In this document: positions 23,018 to 34,639 of the stretch, piece after piece
Position numbering within the stretch: the first letter of the stretch is position 1
Layout of the letters: each line of letters opens with the position of its first letter
Assembly: GCA_964187785.1 (NCBI GenBank)
Contig: OZ076409.1
Coordinates: forward strand, 7,938,001 to 8,002,000
DNA length: 64,000 nucleotides
Direction: 5' to 3'
Origin: Amphiscolops sp. MND2022
Lineage: Eukaryota
The notes under the pieces: model-generated
Database searches by the model: none
What the model saw: the letters and a program-made list of their open reading frames with translations, nothing else
Told to the model about the DNA's origin: nothing
Program-made: the position numbers and the translations under genes

Positions 23018-26000
23018 ACATTACCTATCCTGATCACAGAGAACAAAAACACACAACCACTGTTGGGATTGGACTGGCTGGATAGACTAGAAATTGGACT
23101 ACAAGGCAGCAAAAAGACAAATGTGATCCGCTATGTGGAAGAAGAAGATAGACGAAAGAAAATTATCAACGAACACGAAGACTTATTCAAAAACAACCAC
23201 ACCATAAAAGACCTAACAATCGACATTCAGCTGAAGAAAGATGTAAAGCCCATACAACAAAAGGGACGACCAGTCCCCATACACTTTCAAAAAAGCGTCC
23301 GAGATGAACTGGAGAAACTTATCAAATCGGGACATATCGAGAAAGCGGACGAGACTACAGAAAATTGTTTTATTTCCCCTGCCGTCATAACCATCAAAAA
23401 GGACAAGTCGGTCAAAATCGCCCTGGATTCAAGAAAACTTAACGAGGCATGCGTAAAGCGAAAAGCAGCAATGCCAAACATGGAGGAATTAATCAGCAAA
23501 ATCTCCGCCAAAATAACTAACGGCGAAGGCGAAATCTGGATGTCTAAAATAGACCTGGACTACGCCTACGGCCAGGCAAAATTAGCAAAAGAAGCAGCCA
23601 AACACTGTGTATTTTCAATAATTGGCGGAGACTTCACTGGTCATTACCGCTTCAAGAAGGGTTTCTACGGATTATCTGACATTCCGACGGTATTCCAAGA
23701 ACATATTGACAACGTGCTAGAATTTAAAACCCCTGTTTGGCTAGATGACATCATTTGCGTGACGAATGGAAGCATTGATGATCATGAAAAAGAACTGCGA
23801 GAAGTCCTGAAGAAACTACAAAACGCCGGATACCGAGCCAGCGAAAAGAAAACGGAATTGTTCAAGAAAGAACTAACCTGGCTCGGCTACTTTATTAATC
23901 AGAATGGCGTAAAACCAATCGAGGACAAAACGGAGGCAATTACGAAATTAGCCGCACCAAAAAACGTGAAGGAGTTAAAATCCTTCCTTGGATCGATACA
24001 ACACTTATCCAAATTCATCAATAATCTGTCAAAGAAAACCGATCGAATGAGGAGATTACTCAAAAAGGATGTCAAATGGGATTGGACAGCAGAAATAGAC
24101 GACGACTTTGAACAACTGAAGAAGGAAATTACGGAAGCCCCGTGTCTTGCCCACTTCGACCCAAAAAGGGACAACTATATCACAACAGACGCTTGCAATA
24201 CTGGACTGGGAGCGACCCTATGGCAAAAGGAAGGTATAGTATTCAGGCCCATAGCTTTTGCCAGTAGATTTTTAACCGACTGCGAAAGAAAATACGCAAT
24301 AAATGAACTAGAGTTACTGGGAGCTTTATGGGGATTAGAGCACTTCCGATATTACGTTTACGGTAAAAGAGTTAATTTGCTAACAGACCACCAGGCATTA
24401 CAACCGTTACTGAAAAAGAATCGGGCACACAAACAATACAGTGCACGGCTAACTCGTTGGTTGGATAGATTGAGCCACTTCGATATTAATATTCAATACA
24501 CGGCCGGTAAAAACATTCCGCTTACGGATTATCTAAGCCGTCATCCGATCGTACCGACCGAAATTGCCGAATTAGAAAACAAAGCGGACGGACAAAACGA
24601 AGCGGAAGCCGACGAAGAGTTCGTCATTAACCAAATATACGGCCTATTTGAATTCAATCGAGAGCGAGGAAGCATAAAGCGATTCACCGAACAACTGAAC
24701 GCGAGAGAAAATTCCGACCAATCACAGCACGACAAAATTTCATGCGAACAGAATTCAAACACTCATTTGTTTAAAACCTCACCGCTGCCAATTAACATTA
24801 TCGATCGCGAATCATCAAATTCAAAAATGGACAAAGTCAATGGCATAGATATGAATTTCATCTTCAAGAAAAGGGGCCATTCCCCAGAAACCAAACGCCT
24901 GTGGATCGAGAGAAATCACTTACTGAAGCCGGATCGGACACGAATTGTCGGGAAAGGCAAAGAAAGTGAACGGATACAGGAGTATCGACCAAATCAGGCA
25001 AGCAGAAAAAGAATCGCAGAAATCAACATCAAAATTTATAACCGCTTCTTCAGATACTGCGAAACGCTCGAGACGACACCCCTGCTAGAATATCAACAAA
25101 ACAACAACGAATCTTGGCCGCACAACAACCAATCGGACGGAGAAAGCGAGACTAGTCACATCAAACGAGACAAGTGCCCCACAAGTGCTCTAAAGAACTT
25201 TAAGAAGCACGAAACCGTAAACTTAATCCGACTCAAACAGACAGCAATAAAGAATACACTCAGCAACGACCAAAATCAAGGCACAGAAGAAACCATCAAA
25301 AGAGTAGAAAAAGATTTCGCACTGGACATCCCACTGCTGGTTGACGAAACAGCACGAGACATAAAGATACTCAATGCAATCGCGGCCATCGAAAACCAAC
25401 AACCGGATAGCATTTTTTATCCCTATCGTCCACACCGGTCACATCTATCCACGAGATTTGGCCTACTGTTCTACAACGACAGGATAGTGATTCCGGAAAA
25501 CATGCGGACAACGGTGATAGCCATGTTACACCACGGACATACATCGGCTGGAAAAATGGAAAAGCTAGCCGAGGCCTTCTGGTGGCCGGGAATGAACCGC
25601 GAAATCCACGAAAAAGCCGAATCATGCCCAAGCTGTAGAGCCGCAGGTAAGAATCTTACTACTCAAATTCCGTCCACGGAGAAAAATAATTTAGACATTT
25701 TACCGGAACCAAATCAAGAAATCCAATTGGATTTCGCCGGTCCAATCAAATCAAAAACACGCGGCGATGTATATATTTTAGTAGCAATTGACCGTTTTAG
25801 CAAATGGCCGACCGCACATATTTGCAAAAGCGCGGATACACGGACCGTCAAGAAATTTTTATCTAAATATTTTACGGACAACGGGATACCAAGGGTTATT
25901 CGAACCGACAACGGAAGCTGCTTTAAAAGCATCGAATTCAAACAGTTCTGTAAAGACCAAAATATTAAACGTATACGGTGCACTCCAAATTTACACACCG

Positions 26001-27136
26001 GCACCGGTCTGGTTGAACGAGCTATCCGGTCAATTAAATCGCTCACCCGAGCAAACATGGCAGACGGCCTAACTTTCGAAGACAGTGTCCAACTAGCAAT
26101 AAGAACAATCAGACAAACGCCGCACAGCAAACTAAAAATGACACCCTTCCAAATGCATCTAGGTAGAAAACCGCGCACCGCTCTGATTAATTTAATAGAC
26201 AAGCCGGAATGTCTACTTGCTAATTGGAAGAAAACGCTAACCAATTACGTTTTAGCCCAACCAACAGAACTACAGGTCGTCACTATCAATGATGCCGGAG
26301 GAGAACTAGCCGACTACTTGGTGTTAAACGAACCAAAGAAGAAAGGACGCTCGGTAAGCCGGGATTTTAAAAACTACCAATTTTATGAGAAAGAAAACAA
26401 ACCGAATTCCATGAAATGTGGTTTTAAAACAAATAAGATTTTAACAGCAGTAGCAGAAACAAAACACACGGTAACTACCTCTGAAGGGAAGATAATACAC
26501 AAAAAACTGGCGTCAAAACCCCTAAAATTTCAGACACCAAGAAAACCCGAAGAACAAAGACGGCCAACCAACAGATGCCGCAGATGCGGGAAATTCAGCA
26601 GTGGCGATCTGTGTGAAACGCATCTACGCCTTGAGGTGGCCAGACAAGACAGTAATAACAACGAACCCGGTACCAGTTACACCGCAATTCCGACCATGCC
26701 GTCAAAGAAACGAACATACAGCCGCGTGATACTGCACGACTCCTCTAGCAACGACTCGGAACCGACGAACGATCAAGCCGATATGACCACCTCAGAAGGA
26801 GAAGCCACCGAAGACATCACACTCAGGGACATGATCGGCCGGGAAGTCGAACGCCTACGGTCGGAAACACCGATGCCGTCCTCCCCAATCGGATGTAGCA
26901 CGGAACTGGTCCCGCCCGAAGACACAGCACAACCGGACACATCCGGAACACCAATCCGGAATCAAGGCACTTCCGGCATAGAAACCGTACATCAGAACGC
27001 CACAGGTAAAGTACGGCTAAAACAAAATGATAACGGGGAAAATAACCCACTAGATCTAACCATAGAGCCACGTAGATCTGAAAGAATAAAAAATGCAAAA
27101 AGAACAGTCAAACTAGGTGGTGTTGAGTATTTTTAA
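23018..27136 (+). CDS. pol: Pol (rest of protease, RT, RNase H, integrase), same frame as gag
   Basis: LLGLDWL; RT motifs SKIDL, FYGL, WLDD, WLGY; RNase H TDAC/ELE/TDH/DYLSR; integrase HHGH...CPSC, LDFAGP, TDNG, GLVERA. Confidence 0.97.
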   Translation, partial: TLPILITENKNTQPLLGLDWLDRLEIGLQGSKKTNVIRYVEEEDRRKKIINEHEDLFKNNHTIKDLTIDIQLKKDVKPIQQKGRPVPIHFQKSVRDELEKLIKSGHIEKADETTENCFISPAVITIKKDKSVKIALDSRKLNEACVKRKAAMPNMEELISKISAKITNGEGEIWMSKIDLDYAYGQAKLAKEAAKHCVFSIIGGDFTGHYRFKKGFYGLSDIPTVFQEHIDNVLEFKTPVWLDDIICVTNGSIDDHEKELREVLKKLQNAGYRASEKKTELFKKELTWLGYFINQNGVKPIEDKTEAITKLAAPKNVKELKSFLGSIQHLSKFINNLSKKTDRMRRLLKKDVKWDWTAEIDDDFEQLKKEITEAPCLAHFDPKRDNYITTDACNTGLGATLWQKEGIVFRPIAFASRFLTDCERKYAINELELLGALWGLEHFRYYVYGKRVNLLTDHQALQPLLKKNRAHKQYSARLTRWLDRLSHFDINIQYTAGKNIPLTDYLSRHPIVPTEIAELENKADGQNEAEADEEFVINQIYGLFEFNRERGSIKRFTEQLNARENSDQSQHDKISCEQNSNTHLFKTSPLPINIIDRESSNSKMDKVNGIDMNFIFKKRGHSPETKRLWIERNHLLKPDRTRIVGKGKESERIQEYRPNQASRKRIAEINIKIYNRFFRYCETLETTPLLEYQQNNNESWPHNNQSDGESETSHIKRDKCPTSALKNFKKHETVNLIRLKQTAIKNTLSNDQNQGTEETIKRVEKDFALDIPLLVDETARDIKILNAIAAIENQQPDSIFYPYRPHRSHLSTRFGLLFYNDRIVIPENMRTTVIAMLHHGHTSAGKMEKLAEAFWWPGMNREIHEKAESCPSCRAAGKNLTTQIPSTEKNNLDILPEPNQEIQLDFAGPIKSKTRGDVYILVAIDRFSKWPTAHICKSADTRTVKKFLSKYFTDNGIPRVIRTDNGSCFKSIEFKQFCKDQNIKRIRCTPNLHTGTGLVERAIRSIKSLTRANMADGLTFEDSVQLAIRTIRQTPHSKLKMTPFQMHLGRKPRTALINLIDKPECLLANWKKTLTNYVLAQPTELQVVTINDAGGELADYLVLNEPKKKGRSVSRDFKNYQFYEKENKPNSMKCGFKTNKILTAVAETKHTVTTSEGKIIHKKLASKPLKFQTPRKPEEQRRPTNRCRRCGKFSSGDLCETHLRLEVARQDSNNNEPGTSYTAIPTMPSKKRTYSRVILHDSSSNDSEPTNDQADMTTSEGEATEDITLRDMIGREVERLRSETPMPSSPIGCSTELVPPEDTAQPDTSGTPIRNQGTSGIETVHQNATGKVRLKQNDNGENNPLDLTIEPRRSERIKNAKRTVKLGGVEYF

Positions 27137-27264
27137 CAGTGATCCATTTAGGAACTGAGTATACATTCACCATTCCAAGGAGATATCCAATTACTCCGTT
27201 TCCACGAATCAAGAACAACCCCCCTCAGCACGACTGGTTTCCCTGAACGTCATGGAGGAGGGAA

Positions 27265-27485
27265 TGTGACACAAGCATCAAAAATGTGTCAATCCAACAA
27301 GTGTCAATGATAAACCTTGGCGAATAACATGACACAAAACTACCTGCCAATGATCTTACGTTCTGAAGTCATGTAGTTACATATAGATACAAGTTGAAGA
27401 TAAAGTACAGTCGTTTGATACAGCTTTGTTACTTTGAACCATTCCAATTTTAATACATTCTTTGAACTTTTCCTGACTTACTTTA
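27265..27485 (+). repeat. 3' LTR
   Basis: Follows the PPT, precedes the TSD TCAAC, identical to the 5' LTR. Confidence 0.97.
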
Positions 27486-30400
27486 TCAACGATTTTGCAA
27501 GATTTGCAAGAGAATCAAGACAGCAGAACTCCAACGTTTTCAACAGGAAAACGGCATCTTTTGCCCTTATTCGAATTGTTATTCAAACTGAATTGCTTAT
27601 CTATGTTCAAGTATACCTGGAACGGCGTTTGTGACCGCGAAACTACTACAGATAAAAAAAGTCGAACTAGACAAAACGTTGTGTACTTTTTGGTTGCATA
27701 CTTTTTAGATGTTGTTGAATACACACATTGCCTCTCTCCCTAGATTGTCAAAACTAATTCATTTCACCTAGGAGTCCGTTTTCTAGAGCTCCGAAGTATG
27801 TAGTGACAAAATGTTCCACAGCACTCTATTGAGGAGCCTTCTCGACACGTTTTTCAGCTCCTTCATCCTTGCAGCATTTGTCATCCCGGCTTATCAATGA
27901 TGCCTTTTAACGGGTTCTGATGCTATGTTCAGCTACTAGCTAATTTAGCGGACTTTCAGGACGTTTTCGGGAGCCCTATGGTGAATCATGAGCGGTAGTT
28001 GACTTGAAACTATCACCTCGCTTATTCCCGCCTTTTTTCTAGTATTTGAGTAGTATGTTGCCCCTTGGCCGTTGTATTTCCGAGTCCCATCGACTTTTTT
28101 TCTACCGGAGGGTATTATTTAGGAAAACCGGCTACCTGTTTGACTGTTTGAAATGACCGCCTATCGGCTCGCACTAAATTCATGGTGTAAGTCTGTTTTC
28201 AAAGGTCTTGCTGTGAAAAATATGTTGAAACGTTTTTCAAAGCTTGGCGGATGCGGCGCAAGGCTAACTGAACCCTTATTACCAATTTTGGAACTAGAAC
28301 TTTACACCTTTCTGGCTCTAATTGGTGTCGACAAAACATTGGGTTTTCTCCAGGGATTTTGTAGCAAGCTCAAAATGCTTTGCTTAGGCAGTTTTTTAGG
28401 GTGTACAGCGTCACTGAAGTGTTTCAAATAGGCTGCCAATAAAATTTACAAAACACACTAGGGTAGCAAAATGCTAAAGACACTCAATTTCCCTATCAAA
28501 ATAGATCAAATCGTAACAAATTTAATAACAAATTTTTCAATTGGCCCCAGGGGCAACCTCTTCTCAAACTTTGATCAAAATTACAGGTGTAAATTTTGTT
28601 TTCGAATCGAACAAAAAATACAAAACTCATAACACCTAACTAATTTTTGACTTTTATCATATTACAATTTTTATCATCCAATGACTCAAAAATCGCTGTT
28701 ATTAACATAAAGAGTCTTGGACAAGCTTTGAGTCTACCTTCGATTCTTTTTTCTTTAAGACACTTTCTGAAAACGCTCTCCATAAAATTTATCACCAACA
28801 GAAGAGATCACAAAATCAGAATTTTTCAACTTTTACTCCTTGGAAAAACATATTTCGGAGCAAGTACAAGATTTTGGTTGATCATTTTTTCGAAACATTG
28901 TTATTCCATAAAAAGTGTTAGTTATAAAAGACAAATCAGTGTCAACGCTACAGAAACAATTATTTGAAAGAGGTTTTTCTTTTGACCAGTAGTTTTCTAG
29001 ATATTGCGTGATAGAGATCAAAATATTCCAAGACTCCTCAAAATACCAAGTGATATTACTTTCAAAATGATTTCCGAGCCAGAAGAATACCGTTGAAAAT
29101 TTGAATAAAAATTGAGCACCTTTTTTATGAAACGAATATAATTTTGGTAATTATATTTTTGGTACCCCGATTGTGTTTGTGATTTCTTGTTTTTTCCTAG
29201 TCAAGTCAGATTGGAGAATTCAAGAGACTTGAGCCTTATGAAGGAAGCAAACACATTCAAACAACACTCTCCCTTTGAAACTTCTCAATGTTTTTTTTAT
29301 TGACGTAACCATCTTAAAATTTAAAATAGTTTTAATTAATTATGAACAGCTCAAAACTGCAATTATTGTGCTGAAGCATCCAGAGAATTGCAACGTCACC
29401 CTCTAATATGCATTGCGTTACTCCCAGATACAATCACGCTATGATTGGAACAAGACTGAGAAATTGATGAAAAAAATTTAATCCAAAGTTTGACGTGTCA
29501 TTGGGCTTGCGATTGTCCTTTTCGTTGTTTCCGCCCGTTTGCATGTACAACGAAAACGAAAGCAGACCAAGCAAGAGACCGAGAGATCGATAGAGCATGA
29601 CAGAAACTGAATACTGATAAAACCTCTGAAAGACTAGTTTTTAATGGATTACAGCAAGACGCTATATATAGTAGCGTAAACCGCGGATGGAGTCTTTCGG
29701 CCTCCATATCTTTGTTTAGTACTTAGAGTCCTAGCTTTTAGCTGTGAGTTTTCTTCTCTTTCGATGTATGATTGTATGGATTTTCGTTGGTTATTGCTGT
29801 ACTTTCTAGCTCGAGGGCTACTTTTGACTTTTTGGACGTAAGGCTACCTGTCACCATGGAATGGCAAATACACCTTAATCTTGGTCCAGTCTATTTGAGC
29901 GGTGCTCCTTGGAGTGTCAGAAAGATTCTCGTTACTCATAGCAGTCACAGACTAGGATGGTAAGTATTCAGATGGAGTGTGGCCTTCCCCACGGTTCATC
30001 GGGACGTATTTTACCCTGGAGACAGAGCTGATTTGCGGCGATGGGAGCCAATCCCATTCTTCAGGGTTCGACACCTCCGTTAATGTGCTAAGCAACCGAT
30101 CACTTTGCCGTTACAAACACTAAGATAATGTATATTTGAACGTCCACTTCAAAATTATATTGCCTACAAACATGTTTTTTTTCAAAGTCGTGGCTCCTGA
30201 CAATTCCCCGAAAAAACTACAAATGAAAACGTTTTTTCTTTATGTTTCGATCGATGTATTCTCAAACGCCAGACATCCCTACTTTCGTTGATTGAACCCT
30301 GAGGGAGGTAACATTGGTCTAAGGTGGCATGTCACTAGAAGTGAAATGTTTGGCAATTTGTTCGTTTACCAAATGACTCGTTTACCAACTCAAAAAACTG

Positions 30401-32030
30401 TAAAATACCTAATTCAAAGAGAAGATTTCTGGCAACTTGGGGATACACCTTGAAGCAGTAGCAAATATCTCTTTTTACGAGGAACGCTTGAAAGTCGCAA
30501 TGGAATTCATCACTGGCAAACTTGTTTCACATTTTTTCGGTCCGCAATTATTAAACTTTCAAATGTGCAAGAAGGACCTTTCGAATCTAAGAGACTAAAA
30601 AACAATTTAAAAAATTTCAGATAATTTCAACTTCTAATCCTCTGAAAAATTATTCCATTGACGAGACTAGTAAAATAACACTCTAGAGGAACCAAAGAAT
30701 AATAAACGAAAATTGGACGAAAACATAATCTAGCCAAAAAAGACAAATTGAAGCAATGTATGGAAAGAACTTTGATAAATTCCAGAACTCTCCGGAGGGA
30801 AACACGTAAGCTTCATTGAACATTTAATGCAACTTGCATTCAGTTCAAAAAATCAACAACCCGCGACTAAGCGCTCCTTGAAAAATTCAGAGTTTTGAAT
30901 AATCTTTGCCTTGTTATGGATATATACTGTTTTAAACATACTACATCTTCAACAACACCTCAAACGTTTGACTGAAATGCTTCACGAGGTATAAGATACC
31001 AACAAGAAAATTCAAAACTGGCAATTTACCGGATTGAAAAGACGAGGCTCAGTCGGCGTTTCCTTCCAAAATTTGCCACTGTCTAATCCTTTAGTCAAGA
31101 GATGCGCTTATAGCATGCGTATTCATGGAAACTTCATGCAAGACTTTGTGTACAATTTCCTGCTTTATACAGTAGGCATGAATTCGCTGCCTCCGTCCAA
31201 GTCCTAAGGCTTCATGCTACAGTCATGCTAAAAACTAATCAAAGACAAAATATATAGAAGTCACGTGATGTTCTTCAGGCTGCGAAAAAAAGTTGAATTA
31301 GGGAAGGACACGGTGAATTTTTTAGTTCGGCATAGTAGAACTTGTACTGGAAACCAATTGCATTTTGAAAACGAATTTATCAGTTATAATCCATCAGCAT
31401 TCAATGTTTTACAAAAAAGTCAAGAAAAAGAAAAAAAGTAAGTCATTTTGCTGATTGTGTGATATGTGAAAAACGACTCGAAATTGGATTCACTGTCACA
31501 CACAAAAAAAACTAAAAACAGCTAAACTTGCAAGAGTGACGGTTGGCAACGCATTAAGTCATTGTATATAGATTTCAAAAAAGTTTCTGGTATTATTGCC
31601 TCCTACGTTCTCAATCCAATGATGTTTTTTGTTTTTTATTTAGTTTTTCAGTGAATTTTGGCGTTTTTCAACCGTTTTGGTAGTTTATCTCGTGAATTAC
31701 ACATTATCAGTGGAGACAAACAAGACAAATTTTGTAGCTTTGTTTCGATTCTTGAAGATTCCATAAATAGCTTTGGTTTCTTTGGGAACAAAGAGCAAAA
31801 AAGTTCAAAACTGAGAACAAATCAAAATTTACTTCGAAAAAATTTAATTGCAAAGGAGTTAGAATTCCCATTTACTTTCGAAGTAGGGGTTTTCCGAATG
31901 AAATTGCCCAACTGAAACTTTTCTGAGCTTTTCAAAATTTTTGCTGGAAAAAGCGAGTGTCTTTAGATTTTAATTTTTTTACAGTACCATATATAGGTGA
32001 ATATAGGTGATGAAAAAATTGATTTAAAAA

Positions 32031-32432
32031 TCACGGTCTAAATTTCATTCTCACTAGTTTATCAAACTGCCGAATTGCTTCTGCTCGCAAAGGAGTTTGA
32101 ACTGATCTGACTTTGTCGAAGTCATATTTATGAGTTCTGTTTGAAATTGTGAGTGAATTGAACGGCAGTCGCAACGCATATCCACATTTGGCGACAACCT
32201 CCTCTCGTTTCGCGATAGACTCTCGCTTCCCATTGGACAACGAGTTGATCCAAGCTTCGTGCATGCAAGACGAGTTCTTTTTGGCTTTCAGAACCTCGGA
32301 GATGGTTTGTGGGTGGTAGTCGAACTGGTCTTGAGAGTTCAAATCGGGTGCAAACGTTCGATTGAACCAAGATTTCACCAGCTCAGAGTTGCTTCTCAGG
32401 AAAGACATCTTGAAAGCAGGTTGGCACTGTTG
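32031..32432 (-). CDS. Paralog A, last exon of putative glycosyltransferase-like type II membrane protein
   Basis: TTTTTTCAG acceptor in phase 0, QQCQPAFKMSF...CGYALRLP...stop; homologous to 53167-53568. Confidence 0.8.
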   Translation of the reverse strand, partial: QQCQPAFKMSFLRSNSELVKSWFNRTFAPDLNSQDQFDYHPQTISEVLKAKKNSSCMHEAWINSLSNGKRESIAKREEVVAKCGYALRLPFNSLTISNRTHKYDFDKVRSVQTPLRAEAIRQFDKLVRMKFRP

Positions 32433-32500
32433 CTGAAAAAAAAACAATTTCGTTCCATGATTAGAATTTTCAAAAATTAATCACAGAGAAATCAGCTTTT

Positions 32501-33142
32501 GGACCATGTGATCTATTTCCCCCCCAAACTGCGGCGGGGGGAAATAATACAGTAGGTTCAAATACTAGTTCTAAACGAATTAAATATGTCGACATAACAT
32601 TTTAAATAGTCAAATACCATTATGTCGACATCGTTGCGTTGAAATTTTAGTCCAATAAAATAATTGATGTCGACATAATCATGTCTTTTACATTGATTGA
32701 CAGTTAAAATCAATCATTATTCTTTGAAATGTGCTTCCAAACGGACATACTTCCATATTTACAAAACTACGAACTTTGCATTCAGCATTTAAAAAATTTG
32801 GGTCTTTTGCCACGAAGTTTAAATTGTCCCATCTGCAAAAATTGTCTGTTCTGGACAAGATATAAAAAAGTCAAAGATGGTTTTTGGCTGGAAGTGTCAA
32901 AATGGAAATTGTGCGAAATTCAAAAGTATTTTTTTCTATTCGCACGGGAAGTTTTTTCGCCCAAAGCAATATTCAGTTATCAAAATGGTTACATTTAATT
33001 TACCTACAAATTTACATTTATTTGTAAGCATATCAACTTGTTTTATTCATTCAATAATTAATATACTTGTGAAAAAGCCGTTTTCGTTTTGGGGGGGGGG
33101 ATTCCTAACAAGGTGTACCTGGGGGGATAGATCACATGGTCC
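32501..33142 (+). mobile_element. Internally deleted Merlin (IS1016/ISXO2-like) transposon
   Basis: TIR GGACCATGTGATCTAT...ATAGATCACATGGTCC; exact 8-bp TSD CAGCTTTT; frameshifted N-terminal Zn-ribbon (GLLPRSLNCPIC...DGFGWKCQNGNC...SIRTGSFF) at ~32729-32990. Confidence 0.9.
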
Positions 33143-34639
33143 CAGCTTTTCTCTATAGAAATCAATTCAAAGTGTGTGTGCGCAAATATTTTCTGAAAAC
33201 TTTTGAGCGTCAATAATGTACACTGCGAATGGAATTTCTGGCACAAAGTTCGAGTTTCTTCCTGTTAAAATGTTTTTGAATTGAATCAGTAGGCTCACCA
33301 AAAAAGTGCATTCAAATTCTCTGGCGATGTGCATCAAAATCTTGACACTAACTGCCTTTATCGAAAGTCAATATGAGCGTTTTCAGAATGTTCGCAAGTT
33401 TTTGGAAACGCTAATGCTTAAAATACTTTTGGAAATTGTGATCAAAATCATCGATGTCAATCTTTCAAAAAACACTTGAATATGAAAGTATGAAGTAGTA
33501 AACAGACGATTAATGTACCTGCCAGAAATTGACATCATATCATTGGTCGTTTCGACCAGTGCAGTTCATATCTTTATCATAGAAAGTTGCTAAAAAGAAA
33601 ACATTATTCAAGCTAACTTGTTTTCATTGTCAACACAAATACTTATTATTTTCCGACCCCACATTTTATATCTGTGGGGAAAATATATATCTGTATAGGA
33701 AAATCATGATCTGTGACCGTTTTTTTTCCAAATTTTGCCAAATCTCCACAATCTTCACCTTTTGATTACTTGACTATTTTATATAGCTACTAGTAACTAA
33801 AATACTCAAGTAACAAATAGCACACAGCGGGAATAATAGCTAGTCAAAAAAGGGAATGAGATCTAAAGGCAATAACATCTAAAATTTCAGGGCGGGAATA
33901 AGATCTAAAATCACTAAATTTCAGATCTTATTCTTTAGATCATATTACCCCTCCCAAAATAGCTATGGCTCAGTTGGTGAAGGCGAACAGGGCGGAAAAT
34001 ATCCCGGGCGTCTTGTTCACTTGCAAACAAAGGAATACTTGCTACAAGATATATCAAATGACTAAATTTCAATTTTGTTGACTTGGCAGAAACGTTTTTG
34101 GGTTTATCTACCCGGATCCAAATTCACAAGGCTTGCCTGCAAGTCCGTGTATGAAATCAAATGATCGACTCATATCCATGCGATTACATGCCTTGAGCAT
34201 AGTTCTGTAGAAACTTTAGAGAAACCAAAACTAAGCTGGATCCTTCCTCTACCGCAGTCTACCGCAAACTTCAAACACAAAATACGATAAACTAGTAAAT
34301 TCTCCGTCCAAGATCTTGGATTTGGATACATTATTCTGCCAGATTATTTTTGTCCGTTCGCGCACAGTTTGTTGAAAAATCTTACACAATATGTTTGATG
34401 TTGCATACAATTTTTGACATGCAAGATAATTTTAATTAAAAATCTGTTCTATAAATCCCAAATTCAATGATTGGACAATTTCTTTATATCACAGGGTTCA
34501 ATATACTTATGCTCGACGAGTAGTTTTGAAGGCATTTGAAATGCAGACTGAAGAGAAAAGCACACGACACGTGTTACTTTCCAAAGCGTTCTCGTTATGA
34601 TTTTTGGTTCAGCTGTGATTTGCGAGGACATTTTGCATG

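Larger units (their letters stand above)
21539..27485 (+). mobile_element. Full-length Ty3/Gypsy LTR retrotransposon (Mag-like), very recent insertion
   Basis: Two identical 221-bp LTRs (21539-21759, 27265-27485; TG...TA); 5-bp TSD TCAAC (21534-21538, 27486-27490); PBS TGGCGCAGTCAGC at 21760; PPT GGAGGAGGGAA at 27254-27264; domain order gag-PR-RT-RH-IN. Confidence 0.98.

Noticed and set aside
22213..27098. Antisense and alternate-frame ORFs within the Gypsy
   Set aside because: Shadows of the long gag-pol frame with no independent motifs.
27770..31260. Coding-like, GC-richer patches (also 10500-11800, 45200-48900, 54300-55100)
   Set aside because: No recognisable motifs or termini; probably old TE debris that I cannot classify by eye.
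34464..34560. Possible exon after a CTTTTCTCTTCAG acceptor
   Set aside because: The frame closes quickly, there is no counterpart in B, and GEQ|QQC already joins in phase.
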